Shown here piece after piece: positions 28,558 through 39,053 of a stretch of DNA of 58,084 nt. The number at the start of each line of letters is the position of its first letter. Within the stretch, counting starts at the first letter, position 1. This DNA comes from a virus (taxonomy: Duplodnaviria; Caudoviricetes). The translations under genes were made by a program, and so were the position numbers. Under the pieces are notes generated by a model. The model searched no databases. It saw only the letters and a program-made list of their open reading frames with translations, and was not told where the DNA came from. The stretch lies in IMG/VR virus record IMGVR_UViG_3300032285_005007, positions 1 through 58,084 of that record. One strand, given 5' to 3'.

Positions 28558-29916
28558 TTGACCCTCTCTTCAATTGATGAATATGGACCATCGTTCCAGA
28601 TGAAAGTAATATCTTCTTTACTAACACATAAAGAATTTTTACAAAACATAAACGACGTACTAAGTGATGAATATTTTTCAAATCCAGCACACAAATGGGT
28701 TATAAATCAAATCATCCAATATTATGAAAAGTTTCACACAACAATTTCAATGGACATCCTAAAGGTGGAAATGAAGAAATTAGATAACGAAGTACTTAAA
28801 GTATCCGTTAAAGAGCAATTACGTGAAGCATATAAAGCAGATATTGATGATTTAGCATATGTACAAGAAGAATTTTCTACGTTTTGTAAAAACCAACAGT
28901 TGAAAAAAGCATTATTGAATAGTGTAGATTTGTTAAAAGCTGGAGATTACGATTCGATCAAATATATGATTGAATCAGCAATGAAAGCAGGACAAGATAA
29001 AAACATTGGTCACGAATATAAAAAAGATACTGAATCACGTTACCGTGAAGATCATAGATCAATTGTACCAACACCATGGGAACCAATTAATGAATTAATT
29101 CAAGGTGGTTTAGGTAATGGAGATTTAGGATTGATTTTTGGTAATCCTGGAGGAGGTAAGTCATGGACTTTAGTTGCTTTAGGTGGACATGCTGTTAAAA
29201 TGGGTTACAATGTTATCCACTACACCTTAGAGTTAAGTGAAGCATATACTGGAAGACGATATGACGCTTTCTTTACAGGAACACCAGTAGATCAATTAGA
29301 AAAACATAAAGCAGAAGTAGAAGCATTAACAGCTGATCTACCAGGAGAATTGATTATTCGTGAGTATCCTATGGGAAAAACCACAATAAATACAATAGAA
29401 TCTCACATTAAAAAGGTAATTGATTTAGGAATCCAACCAGATCTTATCTTGATAGATTACATTGATTTACTTTCAACAAGAAAAAGAAATGTTGACCGTA
29501 AGGGAGAGATTGATGATATTTATACAAGCACGAAAGGATTAGCTCGCGAATTAAACATACCAATTTGGTCAGTTTCGCAAGTAAATCGCGCGGGAGCCAA
29601 AGATGATATTATTGAAGGCGATAAAGCAGCGGGATCATACGATAAAATGATGATTACCGATTTATCGCTCTCATTATCAAGAAAAAAAGAAGATAAAGTT
29701 AACGGAACCGGAAGGCTCCATATTATGAAAAATAGATATGGAATGGATGGTTTGACTTTTCAAGTAGATGTTAATACATCAAATGGTCATATTGCAATTG
29801 GAGACCATTACGATGAAGAAGCAGATACAGTTGCACCGAAAAAACAGTCAAATGATAACTTTGACGATTTAGATAAAAAAATGTTGGCAAATAGATTTTT
29901 TGAATTAAACGCATGA
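28558..29916 (+). CDS. DnaB/gp41-like replicative helicase
   Basis: GNPGGGKS, TLELSE, IDYIDLL, SQVNR, KNRYG; TTG start after AAAAGTT. Confidence 0.92.
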   Translation: MTLSSIDEYGPSFQMKVISSLLTHKEFLQNINDVLSDEYFSNPAHKWVINQIIQYYEKFHTTISMDILKVEMKKLDNEVLKVSVKEQLREAYKADIDDLAYVQEEFSTFCKNQQLKKALLNSVDLLKAGDYDSIKYMIESAMKAGQDKNIGHEYKKDTESRYREDHRSIVPTPWEPINELIQGGLGNGDLGLIFGNPGGGKSWTLVALGGHAVKMGYNVIHYTLELSEAYTGRRYDAFFTGTPVDQLEKHKAEVEALTADLPGELIIREYPMGKTTINTIESHIKKVIDLGIQPDLILIDYIDLLSTRKRNVDRKGEIDDIYTSTKGLARELNIPIWSVSQVNRAGAKDDIIEGDKAAGSYDKMMITDLSLSLSRKKEDKVNGTGRLHIMKNRYGMDGLTFQVDVNTSNGHIAIGDHYDEEADTVAPKKQSNDNFDDLDKKMLANRFFELNA

Positions 29917-30863
29917 TAACAGAACTTAGACCCCACTACAAACCATTCGAATATCAAACAGCATTCGAATTTTACAAAGATCAACATAGAGCCCATTGGC
30001 TAGCAGACGAAGTTCCATTATCTTCAGACTTAAATGACTGGAAACTTAAATTAAGCGAATCTGAGAAAAATCTAATTGGTAATATCTTGAAATCGTTTGC
30101 TCAAACAGAGACGTATGTAAACGATTATTGGGCAACAAAGGTAGCAGTATGGTTTCCTAAACATGAAATCAAAGCTATGGCGTGTGCATTCGCTGATTTC
30201 GAATCGATACATGCTGAGGCTTATGCTCGTTTAAATGAAGAACTTGGATTAGATGATTTTGAGGCATTTATGGAAGACGAGGAAGCAAAAGCTAAAATTG
30301 ATCGTCTAGTTGAATTACCTGGAGATACATTACGTGAAAAAGCACTTTCATTAGCTATATTCTCTGCATTTACAGAAGGTGTAAATTTATTCTCTTCATT
30401 TGCAGTATTGATGTCTTTTCAATTACGTAACTTAATGAAAGGTACAGGCCAGATTGTTGAATGGAGCGTTCGTGATGAATCATTACATTCAAAAGCTGGA
30501 TGCTGGTTATTCAGAACATTAATGGAAGAAAACCCAGAGTTAAATAACCCAATGATGACAATTGATATTTACGAGGCATGTGAAATTTCAGTTGGATTAG
30601 AATTTGACTTTATTGACAAAGCATTTGAAATGGGTGAAATTGAAGGTTTAAATAAAGACCAATTGAAAAATTTCATTAAAGAACGTGCTAATCAAAAATT
30701 AATTGAATTAGGTTATAGTCCTTTATACAACGATATCGATCCAAATCTTTTAAAACAAATGGAATGGTTCGGACATTTAACAAGTGGTAAAACACACCAA
30801 GATTTCTTCGCAGGAAGAGTAACAGATTATTCAAAATCAACCGCTGACTGGAGCGATTTATAA
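29913..30863 (+). CDS. nrdB: Ribonucleotide reductase class I beta subunit
   Basis: W...EV, ESIHAEAY, EGVNLFSSF, RDESLH, DFF..RVTDY. Confidence 0.95.
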   Translation: MITELRPHYKPFEYQTAFEFYKDQHRAHWLADEVPLSSDLNDWKLKLSESEKNLIGNILKSFAQTETYVNDYWATKVAVWFPKHEIKAMACAFADFESIHAEAYARLNEELGLDDFEAFMEDEEAKAKIDRLVELPGDTLREKALSLAIFSAFTEGVNLFSSFAVLMSFQLRNLMKGTGQIVEWSVRDESLHSKAGCWLFRTLMEENPELNNPMMTIDIYEACEISVGLEFDFIDKAFEMGEIEGLNKDQLKNFIKERANQKLIELGYSPLYNDIDPNLLKQMEWFGHLTSGKTHQDFFAGRVTDYSKSTADWSDL

Positions 30864-30872
30864 AAACAACAA

Positions 30873-32600
30873 ATGAGCAAATTAAACGTAGACACAAGTA
30901 AATGGGTGAAGGGTAAAGATTTCCCTGAATGGATGGATGAGATTGGTACTTCAATCATCTCACAAGGATACTTACTCCCAGAGGAAAATGTATTTAAAGC
31001 ATTTAATCGAGTAAGTAAAGCGGCAGGACGTAGACTAAAACGTAAAGATTTAGTACCGTTTTTTGCTGAGGCAATGGAAAAAAATTGGTTGTGTCTTGCG
31101 TCACCTGTACTTTCAAATTTAGGTACTGAACGTGGTATGCCTATCTCATGTTTTGGAATTGATACAGACGATTCAATTGAAGGAATTGCATTAGCAAATT
31201 CTGAGTTGATGCGCTTATCATCTCAAGGTGGAGGTGTAGGTATTGGTCTATCTCGAATTAGAGGTAGAGGTAAAGAAATTTCTGGAAACGGTGTTTCCGA
31301 GGGTGTAGTTCCATGGGCTAAAATTTATGACTCAACTATCCTAGCAACCAACCAAGGTTCAGTTAGACGAGGAGCAGCTTCAGTCAACTTACATATCAAC
31401 CACCCAGATATTGAAGAATTTTTAATGATTCGTCGACCAAAAGGAGATGTAAATCGTCAATGTCTTAACTTACACCAATGTGTAGTAATTGATGATGATT
31501 TTATGAACAAACTAGAGGATAAAGAACCACGCGCTTTAAGATTGTGGGGAGAAATCCTTAAAACACGTTTGGAAACAGGTGAACCCTATTTGATGTTTGA
31601 AGATAATATCAACAACAATAATCCTCAAGCATACAAAAATAATAATTTGCATGTTTCGATGACAAACATTTGTTCTGAAATTGCACTTTACACAGATCCA
31701 TTACATTCATTTATTTGCTGTTTATCATCTTTGAATTTGGCTAGATGGGATGAATGGAAAGACTATAAATTTGAAAACGGAATGACCTTACCTGAATTAA
31801 CTTGTTGGTTTTTGGAAGGTGTATTACAAGAATTTATTGACAGATCCAAAAATGTAAAATTTATGGAAAACACATACCGTTCAGCAGTTAAAGGTAGAGC
31901 AATTGGTATTGGTGTTTTAGGATGGCATACATTCTTACAAGAAAAAGGCATTCCATTTGCTGGTTTACAAGCAAATTCATACACTCGAATTATGTCTCAA
32001 TTTATTGAGGAAGGAGCATTAAAAGCATCTCGTGATCAAGCAATTGAATATGGAGAACCAGAATGGTGTAAAGGTACAGGTTTAAGACACACACATCATT
32101 TAGCAATTGCCCCAACAGTATCCAATGCTAATATTTCAGGTGGTGTTTCACCTTCAATTGAACCAATTCCTGCAAATGTATTTAACTTGAAAACGGCCAA
32201 AGGTACATTTATCAAGAAAAACCCAACATTGGAACGTTTATTGGCTTCAAAAGGATTTAACATCGATAGTATTTGGGAACAAATTGCTAAAGATAAAGGT
32301 TCTGTAATGGGATTACCTGATCATATTTTATCTGCTGAAGAAAAAGAAGTATTCTTGACCTTCAAAGAAATCAACCCATACGAAATCGTTCGTCAAAATG
32401 GTATCCGTCAAAAACACATTGATCAAGCTATTTCATTGAACTTGACTTTCGACCCATCTGATTCACCAAAATATATTAGTGAGGTACATAAATTGGCTTG
32501 GAGAGAAGGCATCAAAACGTTATATTACATGCGATCAGAAAGTATTCTAAGAGGAGATAATCTTCAACGTACTGCGGATTGTGTTTCTTGCGAAGGATAG
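30873..32600 (+). CDS. nrdA: Ribonucleotide reductase class I alpha subunit (no ATP cone)
   Basis: PISCF, QG..RRGA, TNICSEI, CCLSS, APTVS, KTLYY, terminal CVSCEG. Confidence 0.95.
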   Translation: MSKLNVDTSKWVKGKDFPEWMDEIGTSIISQGYLLPEENVFKAFNRVSKAAGRRLKRKDLVPFFAEAMEKNWLCLASPVLSNLGTERGMPISCFGIDTDDSIEGIALANSELMRLSSQGGGVGIGLSRIRGRGKEISGNGVSEGVVPWAKIYDSTILATNQGSVRRGAASVNLHINHPDIEEFLMIRRPKGDVNRQCLNLHQCVVIDDDFMNKLEDKEPRALRLWGEILKTRLETGEPYLMFEDNINNNNPQAYKNNNLHVSMTNICSEIALYTDPLHSFICCLSSLNLARWDEWKDYKFENGMTLPELTCWFLEGVLQEFIDRSKNVKFMENTYRSAVKGRAIGIGVLGWHTFLQEKGIPFAGLQANSYTRIMSQFIEEGALKASRDQAIEYGEPEWCKGTGLRHTHHLAIAPTVSNANISGGVSPSIEPIPANVFNLKTAKGTFIKKNPTLERLLASKGFNIDSIWEQIAKDKGSVMGLPDHILSAEEKEVFLTFKEINPYEIVRQNGIRQKHIDQAISLNLTFDPSDSPKYISEVHKLAWREGIKTLYYMRSESILRGDNLQRTADCVSCEG

Positions 32601-32668
32601 TATATGTATGACCGTAAATAGGTTTTTTGTATTTGTTTTGTAATTGTTAAACTAATTTAAAAATAAAA

Positions 32669-34573
32669 ATGAAAAACCTTTTATTGTCTTTGTTATTCTT
32701 AGTAGTAACTTTTAACGTGTTTTCCCAAGCACCAAATGCACCAGGAAATGGTATTTATGCCATAATCCATCCAACTTATCAAGTAGCTCCTACCGCTACA
32801 GGTTTCACAACCGCTAACGTAACGTTGCAAAACACTACATTAACGAAATTTACCGCAACTCAATTTCGTGTGTTTTATGACAAAATTGCATTTACAAATG
32901 CTACAGTTGCTCTAATTGGTTCTACAACCAACTTGGACATGCAATATGTAGTTAATGCAGCTAATGGTTACATTACTATTACGCTTGTATACACAGGTGC
33001 TTCATCTACCTATACTTTAGCAGGTGGTGAAAGATTTGCAATTACATTTACACATGCCGCTCCTGCTGTATTCAATAACTTAGCTTCAATTTCCAACTTA
33101 ACTTGGACAGGTGCTGCAACATTTTCACAATATGCTGCTAAACAAAATGGTATTGATACTACTTTAATATTACACAACTATGGTGGTCAATTTATCTTAC
33201 CAACATTTACATTTGCTGGTAACTTTACAAACACAACAGGTACAGCAGCTAAAAACTTACCATTAGCATTACAAACTCGCCCTGCAGGTGGTTCTACTTG
33301 GTCACAACATTCATCTTATTTAACGGATTTAAGTGGTAACTTTACATTTACAGTTAACTTAGATACAACTTATTGGGATGTACGTTTAGCAATCCAAGGT
33401 GATACAATGGGTATTGGAAATGCTATCTCAGCAACTGATGCACAATTAATTAATCAATGGGTATTAGGCAACTCAACAATGTCAGGATTTGATTATTATA
33501 CAGCTGATGTAAATGGCTCAAATAACGTAACAATTTCAGATGCCTATGGTGTATTTGCAAAAGTATCAGGTAACTTTACAGTATGGCCAAACAACGTTAA
33601 AAACGTTAAATTCTTTACAGCAACAGAATACGCTACAATCAATAACTCCGCTACCAACTACACTTCAACTATACCAGGTGTAACTAATTTCACATATGAA
33701 ATTATAGCAGGTCAACCATCCACAGTAACTTATTATGTAGCGGTACCTGGTGATGCGAATGGAACAGGATATCATATGGCTCGTCAAACACCAATTGAAA
33801 TCTTGATTGATCCAATCCCTGGAATTGAAAACCAAATCTACAATGTAATCGATAATACAGTAGAATATGATTTCCCAACTTCACAAATTGAAGTAAACGT
33901 ACCTCATTTATCTGTACAAGCAGGAAATTTAGTTAATATTCCTGTAAAAGTATTTACAAACGGACAAGAATTGAATTCATTGCAATTTGGATTGAAATAC
34001 GATCCAACAGTACTTGAATTTAAAAATGCTTACTCTACTTCAAACGTAATGAAATGGTTAACATTTATCAACCCAAATAACGACGAAATTAAATGGGGTG
34101 GATATGATGCAACTGATAACTTGAATCCATTACAAGATGGTGATGAGGTAATGACATTGCAATTTTTAGCTCTACAACCACAAACATCATGGTTAGAAAG
34201 CCCACTTTACACAACTGATAAATTTGCAGGAGCTACTAATTCAAAAGATCTTGAAATTACACCTACAAATGGAATTTTACAAGTACTTAAATCTATTGGT
34301 GGTAAAGTAATTGCTCCAAACACAATTGAAGTAAACCCAAATCCTGTATTAAACGATGTTGCTATTACATTTAACGTAACTTCAACTACAGATGCTCATT
34401 TAGCAATCTATGATTTGCAAGGTAGAAAAGTTGTTACAATATTGGAAGGACAATTACCAGCAGGACAATTCACATATGTAAAAGATTTAGGTAAATTAGC
34501 TCAAGGAATGTATGTAGTCAATTTATCCCTAGATAACGAAAACCCAATCAATACAAAGTTAATTAAACAATAA
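32669..34573 (+). CDS. T9SS type-A cargo protein with cohesin-like and dockerin-like domains
   Basis: Signal peptide VFS-Q; ISATDA...ADVNGSNNVTISDA dockerin-like repeat; V.IPV.....LNSLQFGLKYDPTVLEF cohesin-like; CTD NPNP...IYDLQGRKV...L.QGMY...KLIK. Confidence 0.8.
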   Translation: MKNLLLSLLFLVVTFNVFSQAPNAPGNGIYAIIHPTYQVAPTATGFTTANVTLQNTTLTKFTATQFRVFYDKIAFTNATVALIGSTTNLDMQYVVNAANGYITITLVYTGASSTYTLAGGERFAITFTHAAPAVFNNLASISNLTWTGAATFSQYAAKQNGIDTTLILHNYGGQFILPTFTFAGNFTNTTGTAAKNLPLALQTRPAGGSTWSQHSSYLTDLSGNFTFTVNLDTTYWDVRLAIQGDTMGIGNAISATDAQLINQWVLGNSTMSGFDYYTADVNGSNNVTISDAYGVFAKVSGNFTVWPNNVKNVKFFTATEYATINNSATNYTSTIPGVTNFTYEIIAGQPSTVTYYVAVPGDANGTGYHMARQTPIEILIDPIPGIENQIYNVIDNTVEYDFPTSQIEVNVPHLSVQAGNLVNIPVKVFTNGQELNSLQFGLKYDPTVLEFKNAYSTSNVMKWLTFINPNNDEIKWGGYDATDNLNPLQDGDEVMTLQFLALQPQTSWLESPLYTTDKFAGATNSKDLEITPTNGILQVLKSIGGKVIAPNTIEVNPNPVLNDVAITFNVTSTTDAHLAIYDLQGRKVVTILEGQLPAGQFTYVKDLGKLAQGMYVVNLSLDNENPINTKLIKQ

Positions 34574-34576
34574 GCT

Positions 34577-34894
34577 ATGTCAGAAGAAACAAACGAAGAC
34601 ACTTGGTCAGGCCTTAAAAAAACGATCATTGGAACTCTTACTACAGTTATTACTGGAGGTGGTGTATGGTTAGGAACAGCTCTTTATGGTGGCGGACACG
34701 ATGAAGAACCTAAAGAAGAAACCAAAACAGAACAACCTGCATCAGCTGCTCCTGTAATTGTAAACGTTCAACAAAACCAAGAAAACAAACAAAAAGTTGA
34801 AAATGGTGGTGGAACAGTAATTCGTGAGCGAGTAATTGAAAAACCAGCTCAACCAGCTGCACCTGTACAGAAACCACAAGAGGAATCATGGTAA
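34577..34894 (+). CDS. Small membrane-anchored protein
   Basis: One hydrophobic segment followed by a Pro/Glu/Gln-rich tail. Confidence 0.7.
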   Translation: MSEETNEDTWSGLKKTIIGTLTTVITGGGVWLGTALYGGGHDEEPKEETKTEQPASAAPVIVNVQQNQENKQKVENGGGTVIRERVIEKPAQPAAPVQKPQEESW

Positions 34895-35616
34895 GATTTT
34901 TATTTATATTATTGACGCTAGGGCTGTTTTCTTGCAAAACAGCTCAAGCTCAAGGTGGTATAGGTACTGTTAAAACAGAACAATATCAAGCTGATTTTGA
35001 GAAAAAACAGTCACTTGATGTTGTATCGGACTATGATGGTTCTATTCAAGTTCCTATCCAATTGCTTAAAATTGGAATCAACGAGGAACTATATGAAATG
35101 TATCCTGAACTTAAAGACAAACGTGTTGGTTTAGGTGTAACAAACATTGTGATCGAATACCTTGAATATACTAATCGCTTTACGTTTACTGAGGAAAAAG
35201 AAGACATTAAGCAACGTATGATTGCTCAAGATAAAGCATCTGATAAAGGTATTTCATCAAACAAAATAGAGGTAAAAGGAAATGTAGTACTTGCAAAGTA
35301 TTTCGTTTACATTGAAGTTTATGATTTCAGTGTATCCGAAGACGAAATAGTTAAAGTAAATGGTCAACAAACCACTACTCAAACAACACGTTTAGGGTTG
35401 CAGATTAAATTCGTAGATGCTGAAACCGGCCAAATCATTGTAGGTTCAGGTTTAGGCGAGTCAAACACGGTAAAAATGTCGTCTATATTGGGAGATGTTA
35501 CCGATGAGGTAAAATTCAACCAATCTACAATTGGAATCTCAACTAAAAAAGCACTAGAAACTGCATCATCCCGAGTTGTATCACGATTAATTAGCAAAGG
35601 TGTATTCAAGAATTGA
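34888..35616 (+). CDS. CsgG/HfaB-like exported protein, possibly a lipoprotein
   Basis: LFSC lipobox or AQA-Q site; VGLGV.NI..E.L..TNRF and LGLQIKFVDAETGQII.GSG.GE. Confidence 0.7.
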   Translation: MVRFLFILLTLGLFSCKTAQAQGGIGTVKTEQYQADFEKKQSLDVVSDYDGSIQVPIQLLKIGINEELYEMYPELKDKRVGLGVTNIVIEYLEYTNRFTFTEEKEDIKQRMIAQDKASDKGISSNKIEVKGNVVLAKYFVYIEVYDFSVSEDEIVKVNGQQTTTQTTRLGLQIKFVDAETGQIIVGSGLGESNTVKMSSILGDVTDEVKFNQSTIGISTKKALETASSRVVSRLISKGVFKN

Positions 35617-37142
35617 AAAAATACTTGTTTATATTGTTCCTGCTGTGTATATTTAATATAGACGCACAGACGTATAATTATAGTTATACTGACCCTTGTA
35701 CTGGGAATTTAAAAACAATAGTAGTTCCGATAAATGGTAATGTTACTGTTGCATATTACGGTGAATTAGGGTCATTTAACGCAAATGATTTTACAAACGG
35801 AAATTTTGAGGCGTGGGCAAGCAACATATTTAACCAATATGGGCAAGATTCACCATGTTCTCAAATTGTGGGGTTGGGAACGGCGGTTAACGTGACACAA
35901 AGTACAACTTTAAATGTTATGGGGATTTTAAATTCCCTATCAACAATAGCGAGTTTGACGGGTGGAGCAACAAATGTTCTAGGAGGAGCAGTTGGATCAG
36001 TATCCAATTCTTCTGGAGATGGAGAAAGTAACAATAATAACAACAATAACAAAAATGGAAACAACAGTGTCAGTAGCAATCCTAGTAATCCTAGTGGGAG
36101 TGGGGGTAGCGTCTCTAATCAGTCTAATCCAAACTCGCAGACCCAAAGTAGCGGAACGCAAGAAGGAACAGGAACAAGCAGTAGCGAAACTAGTGGAAAC
36201 CCTGAAGGAAGCGGGAGTGCCGGTTCTACCTCATCCACTGAAGGAGGAGGAAGTGAAGGAACAACCACAAGTAGTGGAGGTGAAAGTGGAGGAACCAGTA
36301 GTGATCCCGGTAGTGGAAGCACCAGTGGAAGTAGTAGTGGTGGAAATACCGGTGGTACTTCAGGAAACGGTAACGGTGGAGAAACCAGTTCGAATCAAGA
36401 AGGCTCGCAAACCACGTCAGAAAAAACAGAAGGCAAAACAAATATAACAGCCGGAGCTTCAACAACAGCTAAATCAACACCAACCTCTAAAGAGGGAGGT
36501 AAACCAAGTGTAGTCGCGTCAAGCGACTTCGTTGGTTTCAACTTCAGAAATTCAGACGTTAAATTAGGAGCCAAAGCAACTGGTGGTTATACAGCCATGA
36601 GATGGGATGGAAAACGAAGTTGGGGTGCATTAGCAGATTATACTTCAGCCTTAAAAGGTCCAAACATCACAGGTTTCTATGCTTGGATGAGACCTAAATC
36701 AGTCATTTTACTTTCAGGAACTGCAACTATTGGATTTGAAGGAAACAAATCCTTATATGGTACTATAGCATTTGGACAAATGTTCAAATTTAAAAAAGCA
36801 CCTACCCTCAAATTGGTTTATATGGCTACGGCATCATATGGTCAAGTCTATAGAGTATCATTTTTAGGAACAGCAGTAATTGGAGGTATAATGTATGATA
36901 TCAAAGTAGGTAAACGCATAGATATCAAGTTAATGGATTTAATGGTTTATGCTCCATATGTTTCATATTATAATGATGTTTTATTAAAGTCACCTTATGT
37001 AATGCTTCCTAGCATTGGAACAAACATAGGTATAACCAAGAAATTCAAATTTAACATAAACGCAGGAGGTGCTTGGGATTTAAAAACCGCAGCTCTAAAC
37101 TATACAGTAACATGTGGTACAAGAATATTGGTAGGACAATAA
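35613..37142 (+). CDS. Exported protein with Ser/Gly/Asn linker and putative C-terminal beta-barrel
   Basis: Signal peptide IDA-Q; ~170 aa low-complexity region; amphipathic beta-strands in the last ~210 aa. Confidence 0.65.
   Translation: MKKYLFILFLLCIFNIDAQTYNYSYTDPCTGNLKTIVVPINGNVTVAYYGELGSFNANDFTNGNFEAWASNIFNQYGQDSPCSQIVGLGTAVNVTQSTTLNVMGILNSLSTIASLTGGATNVLGGAVGSVSNSSGDGESNNNNNNNKNGNNSVSSNPSNPSGSGGSVSNQSNPNSQTQSSGTQEGTGTSSSETSGNPEGSGSAGSTSSTEGGGSEGTTTSSGGESGGTSSDPGSGSTSGSSSGGNTGGTSGNGNGGETSSNQEGSQTTSEKTEGKTNITAGASTTAKSTPTSKEGGKPSVVASSDFVGFNFRNSDVKLGAKATGGYTAMRWDGKRSWGALADYTSALKGPNITGFYAWMRPKSVILLSGTATIGFEGNKSLYGTIAFGQMFKFKKAPTLKLVYMATASYGQVYRVSFLGTAVIGGIMYDIKVGKRIDIKLMDLMVYAPYVSYYNDVLLKSPYVMLPSIGTNIGITKKFKFNINAGGAWDLKTAALNYTVTCGTRILVGQ
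36010..36500 (+). repeat. Low-complexity Asn/Ser/Gly/Thr-coding region
   Basis: AAC/AAT run and AGT/GGA-rich repeats inside 35613..37142. Confidence 0.8.
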
Positions 37143-38110
37143 TATTACTCATATTATTTTCATGTAACTTGTTTTCCCAAACATTTACATATTCTGGTTA
37201 CATCAAAAATGCTGATGGTACAGGTGCTGTAAATGTACCTGTTAAATTATATAGACGTACAACTCCAACTTTAACTGGGTTTACTTCACAAAACAACTAC
37301 AATGGACATTCATATTATCGTTCTACTGGTTCGGCATATTGGACAGATGCAAGAACTGCTTGTACTAATATGGGGGGACATTTAGTTACAGTAACAACTG
37401 CTGCTGAAAATACCTTCATCTACAACTTATGGCCTTCGGGATGGATTGGTTTAACTGATGAAGTCACAGAAGGTACTTGGAAATGGGTTACCGGAGAAAC
37501 ATATTCTTACTCTTCCTGGAACCCAGGAGAACCAAATAATGCGGGAAATGAAGATTATGTACAATTTGTTGGGGGTGGTAAATGGAATGACTTACCTAAT
37601 AATCAATCATTACCTTACGTAATTGAATTTGACTATATAAACGATTACACTCCATGGGTGTTATACCAAACAGTATACACTAACTCCTCAGGATTATATT
37701 CAATTTCCCAATCAACGAACCCAGCAGTTGAATGGTATATTCAAATAGACGCCCCTACTCCAGTGACATCCCACACTATAACAGATTTTAGAGGTGTAAC
37801 CAATGTAGTACTAGGAACAACATCTGCAAAAAGTATAAACTGGTTGCAATACGATACAAACAATGATGGAAAAATAAGCGTCTCAGATGCTATCTACATC
37901 AATAGAAAACAAAACGGGCTAGCAACATTCTCTTACACATCTAGAATATTTACCCCAACACAATATACTTCTTTAACAACAGGTACAACCGATTTGCGCT
38001 CCACTATACCAGGTGTAAGCTCAATTACAATTACATCTCCTGTAAGTGGTACCACTACAGGAAACTATTATTTAATCGCTCCTGGGTACAAGGGGCAAGT
38101 AACCTATTAA
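37112..38110 (+). CDS. Exported C-type lectin domain protein with dockerin-like repeat
   Basis: YNGHSYY...W.DA..AC...GGHL, WIGLTD...EG.W.W, W.PGEPNN, WND; DTNNDGKISVSDA; start set at ATG 37112. Confidence 0.85.
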   Translation: MWYKNIGRTIILLILFSCNLFSQTFTYSGYIKNADGTGAVNVPVKLYRRTTPTLTGFTSQNNYNGHSYYRSTGSAYWTDARTACTNMGGHLVTVTTAAENTFIYNLWPSGWIGLTDEVTEGTWKWVTGETYSYSSWNPGEPNNAGNEDYVQFVGGGKWNDLPNNQSLPYVIEFDYINDYTPWVLYQTVYTNSSGLYSISQSTNPAVEWYIQIDAPTPVTSHTITDFRGVTNVVLGTTSAKSINWLQYDTNNDGKISVSDAIYINRKQNGLATFSYTSRIFTPTQYTSLTTGTTDLRSTIPGVSSITITSPVSGTTTGNYYLIAPGYKGQVTY

Positions 38111-38111
38111 T

Positions 38112-38603
38112 ATGAAACTAATACTTTTATTACTACTTCCATTATTTGCTTGCGCACAAGAAGGCGTTACAAACTTTCAACGAGCCAACAACATCAACAC
38201 CACCATATCCTGTGTTTATGTAGATACCGTGTTTGTAACCGCAAAGGTAAGGGAACTAGGCACACGTGATATTCGCTTTGGTATCAAACAAATTACTGAA
38301 GATGCTTTATCTGAAAAATATTGTTTGGATGATAAAGGTGATGCTATTAAAGTTGAAATATATTACTTTGGTATTCCAAAAAATACCATTCGAGTAATGG
38401 GGATAGAACGTTCAAATGTAATTACTCAAGTTGGAGTGCGTTTATATCATAATAACAGCAAATATGAAGGTATAGGTGAATCCGAAACCGAAATTACAGC
38501 AGTTTTAATCGAGGTAAAAGAAGGTGCCATTCCATTTGAAAAAATGACAGTATCCTCTGCCCTAAAAAAAGCAATAAATGAAGCTATTAGCAAAATGCCT
38601 TAG
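38112..38603 (+). CDS. Exported protein, possibly a distant CsgG-like paralog
   Basis: Signal peptide ACA-Q; G.GES...F....S.ALKKA echoes the C-terminus of 34888..35616. Confidence 0.5.
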   Translation: MKLILLLLLPLFACAQEGVTNFQRANNINTTISCVYVDTVFVTAKVRELGTRDIRFGIKQITEDALSEKYCLDDKGDAIKVEIYYFGIPKNTIRVMGIERSNVITQVGVRLYHNNSKYEGIGESETEITAVLIEVKEGAIPFEKMTVSSALKKAINEAISKMP

Positions 38604-39030
38604 TATATTTTTCCCATTTATACTCTCAGCTCAAATCAAAATAGATGATGTTGGAGATGGATGGAAAGATAAAGTTGAACAAGCAATAGAGGTTGTAAAA
38701 CAATACGACCCTGAAAAATATACTTTATTAAAGGAAAATTGTGAGCATATCAGCTACTCACTTTTATCTTTCTCCACTACCGAAAATGGAACTACGATTT
38801 TAATTGCTCAAAAAGAAATAATAGCGGGAAATATAAACGATTTAGCTGCTACTTTAGTACATGAGTCTTTACATTTATATTTTTGGAGAAACAATATGAT
38901 ACTCCCAGAAAATGAAGAAGAAATACTATGTTACACATATGAACTTGAATTGCTTTTTAAAATACCTGATGTAGAACCGTGGTTAATAAGTCATGCAAAA
39001 AAGCAGATTGAACTTTATACAAATCCTTAA
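38578..39030 (+). CDS. Exported putative zinc metallopeptidase
   Basis: Signal peptide LSA-Q; LVHESLH...EE. Confidence 0.6.
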   Translation: MKLLAKCLSIFFPFILSAQIKIDDVGDGWKDKVEQAIEVVKQYDPEKYTLLKENCEHISYSLLSFSTTENGTTILIAQKEIIAGNINDLAATLVHESLHLYFWRNNMILPENEEEILCYTYELELLFKIPDVEPWLISHAKKQIELYTNP

Positions 39031-39053
39031 TATTTATAAACAAAAGAACGCTT

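Noticed and set aside
35861-36465. Several overlapping alternative ORFs
   Set aside because: By-products of the low-complexity Ser/Gly region of 35613..37142.
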